Shown here piece by piece: positions 56,178 to 64,000 of a DNA stretch of 64,000 nt. A program made the translations under genes and the position numbers. Every line of letters begins with the position of its first letter. Position 1 is the first letter of the stretch. This stretch comes from Candidatus Omnitrophica bacterium CG11_big_fil_rev_8_21_14_0_20_64_10 (GTDB lineage Bacteria; Omnitrophota; Gorgyraeia; 1-14-0-20-64-10). The stretch covers positions 7,774 through 71,773 of the forward strand of contig PCVW01000010.1 in the NCBI GenBank assembly GCA_002787095.1. Reading direction: 5' to 3'. The notes under the pieces were generated by a model, which was given only the letters and a program-made list of their open reading frames with translations, ran no database searches and was not told the origin of the DNA.

Positions 56178-57480
56178 GAGGTTCCATCTTGGAGATGGTT
56201 CCGTTGAGCTGCGCCCTTTTCGTGATCAACGGGATCTCCTGTCCAATCCGGTCTTTTTCCGGATTCATCAGCAGTTCGGCGACGACCTTCAGATCGAAGC
56301 GGCCGTCCGTTTGGCGCAGGCGCAGCGCCCCGTCCGGAGATCCCTCCACGACGAAGAGATTGGCCGGGGGTTTCGATTCGACCGAGATGATTTTCCCAAT
56401 AATGGGGAACTCTCCGGCAAACGGCCAGCCGCCCATCGGACCCAAGATGGCATCCTCGGGATGAATGGCTTCAACCAGATAGCAGGGCAGGTCCGCGGCA
56501 TGCAGCGTCACCCGCCACGGCCGTAGGGAAACGACCCTTTCCTCGCCCACCGTCTCCTGCTGCTCCTGTTTCGGCGCAACAGAAGTCACCTGAACCGTCC
56601 GCTCCGAGAAATCAACCACCTCCCCCGAAAAGGCGTATTCGTCGCTCTCCAGGGAGAGGGGCTGTCCGGCGATCAGCGGTTTCCCTTCGTAATAGATCCG
56701 GTTCGCCCCCTGGTGGGCGTTCAAGGCGATCCAAATGTCCACCCGGGAGAGCCGGTCCCTGCTGGCGGGGGTGATCCGCAGCAGTCCCTGTTCGTTGATC
56801 GGATAGGCCAGCAGCTGCTGAGATTCCTCGGAACCGTTCTCCGGGATCAGGGCCCCTCCGATCAGGCGTCCCACAGGGCTTCCGGACTTGTTGTAAAGTT
56901 TGTCCCCCTCGCTCATCCGCCTGACGATCTCCGGGATCAAGTCCACGCTTCTGAGTCGAATGTAAACCTCAACCGGTTTTCCGGACAGGATGACGCCGGA
57001 GACGCTGTAAACCGGTTTTCCCTGCTCCGTCTTCTGGAAAGAGATCTCTCTGTGTTGGGCCACCGGCTGTCGGCGGAAAAGAAAATCTCCCTCCTGCTCG
57101 AAGGTGCCGTGGAGGCGCAGTTTGACGAGGACCTCATAGCGGGGATCCTGAAAACGGATCAGGGCGGACAATCCTCCCCCCAGGGAAGCCTGTTCCGGGA
57201 GGGGGCGGGTGGAAAGGATCTCCAGCAGTTCGGCGACCATCCGGCCGGCGGGATCCGACTCGCTGTCTCCGGCCTTCAGCCGGTCCATCTGCGCCCGGGT
57301 CATCGGGTGGAGGCGGACATAAACCTCCATCGAGTCCTCCACCTGCCAGGGGACCATTGGGATCTGCGGGACGATCAGCAGCCGGTAGCTGGAAACCGCC
57401 AGGACCATCAGGACCGCCACACCCAGTGTGACGCCCCAGGTTTCCCATCGCCTGGGCCGCGGGGAAGTCGGATCGCTCAT
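56158..57480 (-). CDS. hypothetical exported/periplasmic protein with N-terminal signal anchor
   Basis: A single N-terminal TM (WGVTLGVAVLMVLAV); the remaining ~400 aa have no recognised family. ATG at 57480-57478 in an ATGA overlap; TAG stop at 56160-56158. Confidence 0.4.
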   Translation of the reverse strand: MSDPTSPRPRRWETWGVTLGVAVLMVLAVSSYRLLIVPQIPMVPWQVEDSMEVYVRLHPMTRAQMDRLKAGDSESDPAGRMVAELLEILSTRPLPEQASLGGGLSALIRFQDPRYEVLVKLRLHGTFEQEGDFLFRRQPVAQHREISFQKTEQGKPVYSVSGVILSGKPVEVYIRLRSVDLIPEIVRRMSEGDKLYNKSGSPVGRLIGGALIPENGSEESQQLLAYPINEQGLLRITPASRDRLSRVDIWIALNAHQGANRIYYEGKPLIAGQPLSLESDEYAFSGEVVDFSERTVQVTSVAPKQEQQETVGEERVVSLRPWRVTLHAADLPCYLVEAIHPEDAILGPMGGWPFAGEFPIIGKIISVESKPPANLFVVEGSPDGALRLRQTDGRFDLKVVAELLMNPEKDRIGQEIPLITKRAQLNGTISKMEPLEPDKG

Positions 57481-58286
57481 CTGCCAGCTCCTTTGTCGGT
57501 TGATTTTGTTCCGACCGCGAAAAAATTCAGGCGGAACGGAAAACTCAAGAACAGGCGCCGCACCTCAAACGGGCCCTGCAGCAGCCGCCGCAGGGTGCCG
57601 GCGCTGAACAACTGGATGTGTCCCATCGCCAGGTCGTCGCTGAGCGGACCCAGGAAACCGCGCAGCCCCAGCCGCTTCAGCATCGTCTTGATCGCCACAA
57701 TCCATCGGTCGTTGGGAACGGAGACGACCAGCCGGCCGCCCGGCGCCAGCACCCGGGCCAGCTCTCCGACCGCTTCTTCCGGCCGCTCCAAATGCTCCAG
57801 CACCTCGGTGCAGAAGATCAGGTCGAGCGAGCCGTCCCGGAACGGCAGCCGGGTCACATTGGCGGCCATCGCCGGAATCGCGGCCGCCGAACCGTTTTTC
57901 CGGCGATTCTCCCGAAGCATCCCCGAATCCAAATCGGCCAGCAGCGACAGACCGGATCCGCCGAGCCGCCGGGCGGTCACCTGCCCTGACTCGCACCCGA
58001 TGTCCAGAATCCTTCGGGCGGGACAATCCCCCAGCCGTTCGGTGATCCGGAACCGCTGCCGTTCGACCCATCGGATCAGCGGATTGGGATGGGCCGATTT
58101 CTGCGCCATCGGATGCGCCCGATTGACCGCCTGATTCCATTCGGCGACGGAAACCGGCTGGTCGTTCTTGAAAAGGAGAAAGCGGCCCCGCGCGTCATCC
58201 CAACGCTTGAGGAAACGGTCCGAACCGACGCGGTAAAGGTGTTCCCCTTCGTTCCAGCTCACGATTGGGACTCCCGTTGGGCCCAT
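57477..58286 (-). CDS. class I SAM-dependent methyltransferase (MT8)
   Basis: ILDIGCESGQV motif I; ATG at 58286-58284. Confidence 0.75.
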   Translation of the reverse strand: MGPTGVPIVSWNEGEHLYRVGSDRFLKRWDDARGRFLLFKNDQPVSVAEWNQAVNRAHPMAQKSAHPNPLIRWVERQRFRITERLGDCPARRILDIGCESGQVTARRLGGSGLSLLADLDSGMLRENRRKNGSAAAIPAMAANVTRLPFRDGSLDLIFCTEVLEHLERPEEAVGELARVLAPGGRLVVSVPNDRWIVAIKTMLKRLGLRGFLGPLSDDLAMGHIQLFSAGTLRRLLQGPFEVRRLFLSFPFRLNFFAVGTKSTDKGAGR

Positions 58287-59230
58287 TTTCGCTGCAGACG
58301 AATGTTCTGCCGTCTGAGCTCCAGCAATTGGGCTGCCAGGAAGGCAAACAACAGGATCTGCAGGCCGAAAAGGAGGCAGAGCAGCGTGACGGTCAGGAGC
58401 GGCCGGCCGGCCACCGGCGTTCCGCCGATCGAGAGCCAGGCGGCATACCCGCCGCAGAGGGTTCCCAGTCCCATCAGGCCCAGGCCGGCAGTCCCGAACA
58501 GCAGGAAGGGGCCTTCCTGAAAACCGAACAGGAGATGGGTCCAGGCGAAACGAAGCAATTTCGCAGAAGGGAATCCCCGCCGTTTCCGTTCCGGCTCCCA
58601 GCGCAGCACCGCCGGGACATCCACTGATCGAAAACCGAGCGCGTAGGCCTTCGAGAGGATCTCCAGATGGATCTCCTTGTCATCCGATTCCAGATCGAGC
58701 GCCCGCAGCACCTCGGCCCGGTAGCAGCGGGTCATCCCCGATGCCATCGTGGTCCGGCGGCCGAGGGCCAGGCAAAGCAGCCGGTTGCCGTACCGGCTGA
58801 GGAAGACCCGCAGCCCCGGAACATTCTCCAGCCGGCCGCCCGGCATGTGCGGGGAGGCGATCGCAAAATCGACCCCGGCGGTTTCCAGGGCGGCCGGGAG
58901 GCGCTCCAGGACGGCCTCCCCCCAGGTCAGATCGGATTCGGTCGAAAGAATCCATTCCCCGCGGGCTTTAGCGAATCCCCGCCGCAGGGCATACCCGCGT
59001 CCCCGGTTCGGGGAATAATCGATCAGATGAATCGCCGGATCGCCGCCGATCGCCTGCCGGGCCGCCTCCCCGGTCCCGTCGGTGGAGCCGTCGTTGACCA
59101 GGATCAGCTCCCAGGAGCGGCCGAGCCGCTGGAGGACGGCACGCAGACGGCCGATGCTCTCGGCGATCTTCGCCGATTCGTTGTACATCGGGCACACCAC
59201 CGACAGTTCAGGTCGCGGAGAGGGAGACAT
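58259..59230 (-). CDS. polyprenol-phosphate glycosyltransferase (GT2, ArnC/DPM1-like) with C-terminal TM helices
   Basis: LSVVCPMYNESAKI...LILVNDGSTDGT...STESDL; two C-terminal TM helices as in ArnC/GtrB. ATG at 59230-59228. Confidence 0.8.
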   Translation of the reverse strand: MSPSPRPELSVVCPMYNESAKIAESIGRLRAVLQRLGRSWELILVNDGSTDGTGEAARQAIGGDPAIHLIDYSPNRGRGYALRRGFAKARGEWILSTESDLTWGEAVLERLPAALETAGVDFAIASPHMPGGRLENVPGLRVFLSRYGNRLLCLALGRRTTMASGMTRCYRAEVLRALDLESDDKEIHLEILSKAYALGFRSVDVPAVLRWEPERKRRGFPSAKLLRFAWTHLLFGFQEGPFLLFGTAGLGLMGLGTLCGGYAAWLSIGGTPVAGRPLLTVTLLCLLFGLQILLFAFLAAQLLELRRQNIRLQRKWAQRESQS

Positions 59231-60308
59231 GTTGTTTCTTCATCAGGATTTTGGCGATCCGTTCGGCCGCCTTCCCGTCCCAAAGCGGAGGGATCTGTCC
59301 CTTCGGCGGCGTTTTCAGCGCCTGGTCGGCCGCCGCGGCGATCCGGTCCGGGTCGGTGCCGACGATCCGGTTGGTTCCCAGGCGGGTGGTGATCGGCCGC
59401 TCGGTGTTTTCCCGCAGCGTCAAACAAGGGATCCGCAAGGCGGTGGTCTCCTCCTGGACCCCGCCGGAATCGGTCAGGAGCAGGGCGGCATGCCGCATCA
59501 GCTTCAGGAAATCAAGATAACCGAGCGGCTCCAGCAGGGTGATCCGATCCTGCTCGGAGGGAAAGCCGGCCGTCCGGAGACGGGCCTGCGTTCTGGGATG
59601 GACCGGGAAGAACAGCGGGAGACGCTTTGCCGCCCGCCGCAGCCCCTCCAACAGCCGGCCGAGGACCTCGGGGCGGTCCACATTCTCCGGCCGATGCAGG
59701 GTGATCAAGCCGTATCCTCCGGCGGGAGCAGTGGTGCGCTCCAGAATGTCGGATCGTTCCGCCAAAGCCAACGAAGCCTGCAGCGTGTCGATCATGACAT
59801 TGCCGACCCGATGGATGCCGGCGGCCGCGACCCCTTCCCGGGCCAAATTCTCATCGGCCTCCTCGCAATGCGTGAAGAGCAGATCGGAGAGGTGGTCGGT
59901 CAGCAGACGGTTCAATTCCTCCGGCATCCCCCGATCCCCGCTGCGCAGGCCGGCCTCCACATGGGCGACCGGAATCCTCAATTTCGCCGCCGCCAGGGCC
60001 GCCGCCAGGGTCGAGTTGACATCTCCGAAGACGATCACCCGATCCGGCCGATCCTGAAGCAGAAAACGCTCGACGCCGACCAGCACGCCGGCGGTCTGCT
60101 CCGCGTGGCTTCCGGAACCGATCCCCAGATTGAAGTCCGGTTTCGGGAGGGCCAGGTCCCGAAAGAAGAGGTCGGACATCGCCGGATCGTAATGCTGGCC
60201 GGCGTGAAGCAGCTTGGCCTGAACCTCCGGCCAACCGCTCAGGGCCCGGATCACGGGGGCCGCCTTCATGTAGTTCGGCCGGGTGCCGACCACGCAGAGG
60301 AGCTTCAC
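59208..60308 (-). CDS. wecB: UDP-N-acetylglucosamine 2-epimerase (non-hydrolysing)
   Basis: KLLCVVGTRPNYMKAAPV...HVEAGLRS...TDSGGVQEE, WecB/MnaA hallmarks. GTG start at 60308-60306 in a GTGA overlap. Confidence 0.85.
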   Translation of the reverse strand: MKLLCVVGTRPNYMKAAPVIRALSGWPEVQAKLLHAGQHYDPAMSDLFFRDLALPKPDFNLGIGSGSHAEQTAGVLVGVERFLLQDRPDRVIVFGDVNSTLAAALAAAKLRIPVAHVEAGLRSGDRGMPEELNRLLTDHLSDLLFTHCEEADENLAREGVAAAGIHRVGNVMIDTLQASLALAERSDILERTTAPAGGYGLITLHRPENVDRPEVLGRLLEGLRRAAKRLPLFFPVHPRTQARLRTAGFPSEQDRITLLEPLGYLDFLKLMRHAALLLTDSGGVQEETTALRIPCLTLRENTERPITTRLGTNRIVGTDPDRIAAAADQALKTPPKGQIPPLWDGKAAERIAKILMKKQHVSLSAT

Positions 60309-61993
60309 GGCCCCGGCTCCAAGGCGTACAGCTCGATGACCGGACCGGGCCGTTTCAGGCGCCACAGATCAATCAAGGGGGTGTGGGAGGAGGGCAGCTG
60401 GCGCCGGTCGGTCTGCCCATCGTAGGGGGTGAACCGGACGACCGGCCGGCCGCCGGCCCGGAGGCGGGCATAGAAAGCGTCCTGCTTCGGCGAATCGGCC
60501 GTTTCAACGAAAGATTCCACAAAATCGGACAAGATCACCCAGGTCACTCCTTGCCGCTGCAGGCGGTCCAGATCGTAGCCATTCTCCATCTCGGGGATCA
60601 GATGCTCCCTCGGGATCAGTTCGATCAACCGGTACCGGGGCCGGGCCGCCGCCTGATTAGCCCGCGCCGACCACCAGAGACCGCTTCCCTTTCCGGAGTT
60701 CCGAGTCGCCGCGGCCAATTGCGCCGACTGTTCGGCGGTCTCCAACAACTGGGGCACCCAGGCCTGAAAGGTCCGACCGTGATCCACCGCCAGCATCGTG
60801 CCGGAGGGAACATGCGCCTCCACCCATTCCCGGGCCAGCCTCCGGGTATCCGGCCGGGTCAGCAGCCAATCGTGCCGGACCGCGGCGGCTCCGTTCGACA
60901 GGAACAACCCCGCCAGAAGCAGCGCCCGCAGCCGGACCGGCCGGCCCTCCATCCAACGGACCGCATAATAAAGCACAAACGGCGCCAGCGGAAGGATGTA
61001 GGCGGCCCGAACCGACCGGGTATAGCTGCCGATCAACAGGCCGTAAGCCAGCATTCCGGCGGTCAGCCAGAGATCCGGCTTGGACGGCTTCCGGAGCGAC
61101 CCTACCCAACCGATCCCTCCGGCCAGCAATCCGATCCAGCTGACCCCAACCGGAAGGTAGACAATAAGATACCGCCACCACCCCCCGGCCGTCCAGGGGG
61201 TATCCGGTTCCCGAAGGACGCCGCCGGCCCCTTCGGCCAGCCGGCCCAGCGTGCCGGCAGTCTCCCCGGCATGGAGGAGGATCGCCGGGTTGACCAGGGC
61301 GAAACAGGCCAGCGCGATCCCCACCGCTTCCAGCGCCGGTCGAAGCTTCGGCGTTCCCTTGGGCTTCAGCCCATGGGCCAGCAGCAGCCCCGGCAGCCAA
61401 AGGGCGAAGTTCCAGTTCATCCCCATCGCCAGACCGGTCCACAGCCCGGCTCCCCAACTGTCCCGCCGCCCGCCTCGAAGCATGGCCCGGAGGGCGAACC
61501 ATGCGGCTCCCACTCCAAAAAAGAGGGCCGGAATGTCCTGCCGGCAATAGTGGGAATCCCGAACATGGAGGAAACAGACCGCCAGGGCCGCCGCGCTCCA
61601 AAGGGCCGTCTTCTCCCCGGCGCCGGTCTCCCGGACGGTCCGGTAAAGGAGCCAGGGAGTGGCCGCGCCGAACCCGGCCGCCATCAGGCGGCCGCCGAGG
61701 ACCCAGGGGGCCGGATTCTGCAGAAATTGCTGCAGGTAAGCGGCGCTGGAGGACCAGAGACCCAACCCCTTCCCCACCAAAAAAGCCGCGGCATATCCGA
61801 CGAAAAGGAGTTCGTGAAAGAGATGCGGGTGGTGGGGGTAATCGACCGCTCCGATCCCCTGCCCGAAGCTGAGAGCGGTCTTGACGGTCATCAACTCATC
61901 CTGGTGGAAAAGATCGGGAAGGCCGAAGGCGATTCCCCAAAGCCGAAGCCCCAAGGCGGCTCCGAAGATGATCCACAGCCAATGCCCCGTCAT
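60305..61993 (-). CDS. GT-C family membrane glycosyltransferase (ArnT/PMT-like, GT39/83)
   Basis: About 12 TM segments, a first-loop HQDELMTVKTALSF (Asp/Glu motif) and a C-terminal periplasmic domain. ATG at 61993-61991. Confidence 0.7.
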   Translation of the reverse strand: MTGHWLWIIFGAALGLRLWGIAFGLPDLFHQDELMTVKTALSFGQGIGAVDYPHHPHLFHELLFVGYAAAFLVGKGLGLWSSSAAYLQQFLQNPAPWVLGGRLMAAGFGAATPWLLYRTVRETGAGEKTALWSAAALAVCFLHVRDSHYCRQDIPALFFGVGAAWFALRAMLRGGRRDSWGAGLWTGLAMGMNWNFALWLPGLLLAHGLKPKGTPKLRPALEAVGIALACFALVNPAILLHAGETAGTLGRLAEGAGGVLREPDTPWTAGGWWRYLIVYLPVGVSWIGLLAGGIGWVGSLRKPSKPDLWLTAGMLAYGLLIGSYTRSVRAAYILPLAPFVLYYAVRWMEGRPVRLRALLLAGLFLSNGAAAVRHDWLLTRPDTRRLAREWVEAHVPSGTMLAVDHGRTFQAWVPQLLETAEQSAQLAAATRNSGKGSGLWWSARANQAAARPRYRLIELIPREHLIPEMENGYDLDRLQRQGVTWVILSDFVESFVETADSPKQDAFYARLRAGGRPVVRFTPYDGQTDRRQLPSSHTPLIDLWRLKRPGPVIELYALEPGP

Positions 61994-61994
61994 C

Positions 61995-63284
61995 TCACCA
62001 GCCCCGCCAGCGGGCGATCATCCCCGCTCCAACCGCCTGCAGCAGCCCCCATCCGATGCCGAGCCCCGCCTTCCATCGGACCGGCCGGCGCTCTCCCCAA
62101 AAAGCGATCCATCCCAATGCCCCCAGCAGCAGCAGAAACGGCTCGAACGGAAGCCGGAAGCGAGGGGAACCATAGAAAAGAAGGGTTTGGAGCAGCAGAA
62201 CCCCCAGGGGGATTCCGATCAACACGACAGCGTGGCCGGTCCGGCGGATTTGCCACGCCCCCCAAAGGATCCAGGGGAACAGCAAGCCGTAGAGCCAATT
62301 GTACCGGGCGGTTCCATCCCGGGCGATGATCTCCCAATCCCAGGGAACCAACAGCGTGCCGAGCCGCAACCCCAGGATCGCCGGCAAACGCCCGGGCGCC
62401 CGCCGGAGCCGGTCCCAAGCGGCCCGGCGGTAGGCCCGGTCCCGATCCACCTCGTCCGGGAGCCGATCGATTCGACGGGCCGCCGCATCATCGGCCGAGA
62501 AGCCGTACCGAACGCCGTCCAGCGGGATCACCGCCGAATAGAGGGCCCTCCCCCCGTCGGTGGAAATCGGCACCCAGCGACCCAATTGTCGATGGTTCCG
62601 GATCGTCCAGAGGCCGATCAAGCTGCAGGCGATGACGCCGGCACAGAGGACCTGCCGCAGCAGCCGGCCGGATTCGGGGCCGGGCCGGCGCAGGCGGTGC
62701 CACGCCGCGGCGGCGGCAGCCGCCGGAACCAGCAACCCCATCCCCGGTCGGGTCAGGACCAGAGCGGCGCAGAGGATTCCCCAGACTATTGCCCGGAGGA
62801 GATGCCTTCGGTCCGCCCAGACTCCTCCCAGCCATCCCATCAGCATCAAGAGGAAGAGGGCCAGATTTTCGGTCAGCAGGGTCCCGCTGAGTCGAACCAG
62901 CGGCGGAGAAACGGCGATCAACAGCCCCGTGAGCCAGCCGGCCGGACAGCCGCCGATCCGCCGGCCGAGGGCGGCCCCGGCCAGGACGACGATCCCCCCC
63001 AGCAGGGCCTGGATCCAGACCACCGCCCGGTGATTTTGGCCGAACAAGCGATAGATCCCGGAGAGGAAGAACGGGTAGCCCGGCGCCTTGAAGGCGGTCG
63101 GTCGGCCGTCGGCATCCAGATAACCCCGCCCGGCCGACAGATCAACCGCCCGCTGGTGGTAGCCCGCCGCGTCCCCGGCCAAGGTCGCCGGCTCGGGGTT
63201 GCAGACGATTCGAAGCCCGACGGCGAGGAGAAACAGGCCGGCCAGCGCCCACCCGGAACGGTTCAAAACGGGAGGAACCTCCAC
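61995..63284 (-). CDS. GT-C family membrane glycosyltransferase (ArnT/PMT-like), second copy
   Basis: AGDAAGYHQRAVDL...GRPTAFKAPGYPFFL, a typical PMT_2/ArnT N-terminal loop. Candidate starts are GTG 63284, ATG 63323, or TTG 63266 (TTGA overlap with the upstream stop); TGA stop at 61997-61995. Confidence 0.65.
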   Translation of the reverse strand: MEVPPVLNRSGWALAGLFLLAVGLRIVCNPEPATLAGDAAGYHQRAVDLSAGRGYLDADGRPTAFKAPGYPFFLSGIYRLFGQNHRAVVWIQALLGGIVVLAGAALGRRIGGCPAGWLTGLLIAVSPPLVRLSGTLLTENLALFLLMLMGWLGGVWADRRHLLRAIVWGILCAALVLTRPGMGLLVPAAAAAAAWHRLRRPGPESGRLLRQVLCAGVIACSLIGLWTIRNHRQLGRWVPISTDGGRALYSAVIPLDGVRYGFSADDAAARRIDRLPDEVDRDRAYRRAAWDRLRRAPGRLPAILGLRLGTLLVPWDWEIIARDGTARYNWLYGLLFPWILWGAWQIRRTGHAVVLIGIPLGVLLLQTLLFYGSPRFRLPFEPFLLLLGALGWIAFWGERRPVRWKAGLGIGWGLLQAVGAGMIARWRGW

Positions 63285-63970
63285 TTGATGATCGCCCAGA
63301 TCACCGCGAAGCCGTGATGCCATCGGATCTTCTTGCCGGCTTTGTAGGAGCGGGGGTTGTATTGAACCGGCACCTCGACGATCTGCGCCCCCCGGCGCAG
63401 GAGCTTGCAGATAATCTCGTTGTCGATGTCGAACCGGTTGGATTGAAGATTCAGTCCCAGGAGCATCGAGCGCTTGCACACCTTGTAGCAGGCCTCGTAG
63501 TCGGTCGCGTAGAAACCGTACAGGCCGTTGGTCAACCCGATCACGAGCAGGTTTCCAAGATAATGGGTCAGGAAGGGGTCGCCATCCTTGGTGAAGAAAC
63601 GGGGTTTTTCCTTGAGGAACCTCGACCCCATCGCGACATCGGCATGCCCGCGGACCACCGGGCCGACCAGCGCCGCGTAGTCGTTCGGATCGTACTCCAA
63701 GTCGGCGTCCTGCACCAGGAACAGCTCCCCGGTCGCCTCCCCCAGGCCGGTCCGGACCGCGGCCCCTTTGCCGCGGTTGCGGGGATGGTCGATGACCCGG
63801 ACCCGGTCGGCCCAACGCTTCAGGCGCTGCCGGGTGTCGTCCGTTGAAGCATCGTTGACCACCAGCACCTCTTTTTCGAGCCCCGGCAACGGGGCGGCCA
63901 GCACCCGCTCCAAGAGGGTGTCCACATTGCCCGCCTCGTTGTAAATGGGAATCACGACGCTCAGCTTCAT
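63263..63970 (-). CDS. polyprenol-phosphate glycosyltransferase (GT2, DPM1/GtrB-like, soluble form)
   Basis: MKLSVVIPIYNEAGNV...VLVVNDASTDDT...LVQDADLEYDP. ATG at 63970-63968. It is the first gene of the window's transcription direction. Confidence 0.8.
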   Translation of the reverse strand: MKLSVVIPIYNEAGNVDTLLERVLAAPLPGLEKEVLVVNDASTDDTRQRLKRWADRVRVIDHPRNRGKGAAVRTGLGEATGELFLVQDADLEYDPNDYAALVGPVVRGHADVAMGSRFLKEKPRFFTKDGDPFLTHYLGNLLVIGLTNGLYGFYATDYEACYKVCKRSMLLGLNLQSNRFDIDNEIICKLLRRGAQIVEVPVQYNPRSYKAGKKIRWHHGFAVIWAIIKWRFLPF

Positions 63971-64000
63971 CTTGAAACAGCCGCTCCGGCCGGCGTTTCC

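Noticed and set aside
60383-62329. 648-aa plus-strand ORF. Other long plus-strand ORFs of the same kind are at 4160-5902, 16881-18323, 31386-33215, 41084-42964, 54765-56207 and 61881-63317.
   Set aside because: The translations are Pro/Arg/Gly/Asp-rich and low in complexity, with no motifs. Each lies antisense to a minus-strand gene with a clear conserved domain. This is typical of high-GC antisense frames.
1-64000. tRNA, rRNA, CRISPR arrays, IS/transposase, integrase, phage genes
   Set aside because: There are no clover-leaf-like conserved stretches, no regularly spaced repeats and no DDE or tyrosine-recombinase motifs in any frame. The window is saturated by the biosynthetic operon.

Overview
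All 64 kb on the minus strand read as one uninterrupted glycan-biosynthesis locus: about 57 co-directional, tightly packed CDSs (mostly 1-40 nt start/stop overlaps, a few 1-13 nt spacers), with a single 102-bp intergenic gap at 7769-7870. Every convincing gene is on the minus strand. The long plus-strand ORFs in the track are Pro/Arg/Gly-rich antisense artefacts of a high-GC genome; GC looks roughly two-thirds by eye, not computed.

I made the calls by recognising conserved motifs in the supplied translations and checking start and stop codons directly in the nucleotide sequence. The ORF track renders GTG and TTG starts as 'M', so the real start is often internal to a listed ORF. Coordinates may be off by 1-3 nt.

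Content:
- LPS/O-antigen-type assembly machinery: two GT9 heptosyltransferase-like proteins, two Wzy_C-family proteins (WaaL ligase / Wzy polymerase), a Wzx flippase, a WecA/MraY-type initiating transferase, WecB, and many GT2/GT4 transferases.
- An unusually rich tailoring toolbox: eight class-I SAM methyltransferases, two TylC3/NovU-type sugar C-methyltransferases, a B12-binding radical SAM enzyme, a radical SAM/SPASM enzyme, two AsnB-type amidotransferases, two hexapeptide-repeat acetyltransferases, a DegT aminotransferase, two Gfo/Idh/MocA oxidoreductases, a CE4 deacetylase and an SGNH-type hydrolase.
- A complete CDP-6-deoxyhexose pathway (rfbF/rfbG-like plus 3,5-epimerase-like, 4-reductase-like and C-methyltransferase), and a second nucleotide-sugar module (UXS-like decarboxylase, C-methyltransferase, FdtA-like ketoisomerase).
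- Three polyprenol-phosphate GT2s (DPM1/ArnC-like) plus three clear and two possible polytopic GT-C-type membrane transferases, suggesting periplasmic decoration of the glycan.

No tRNA, rRNA, CRISPR, transposase or integrase was recognised. The notable prediction is a hyper-methylated, C-branched, amidated surface glycan made with natural-product-style sugar chemistry inside an LPS-type operon. It also includes several odd domain fusions and three large proteins with no recognisable family.
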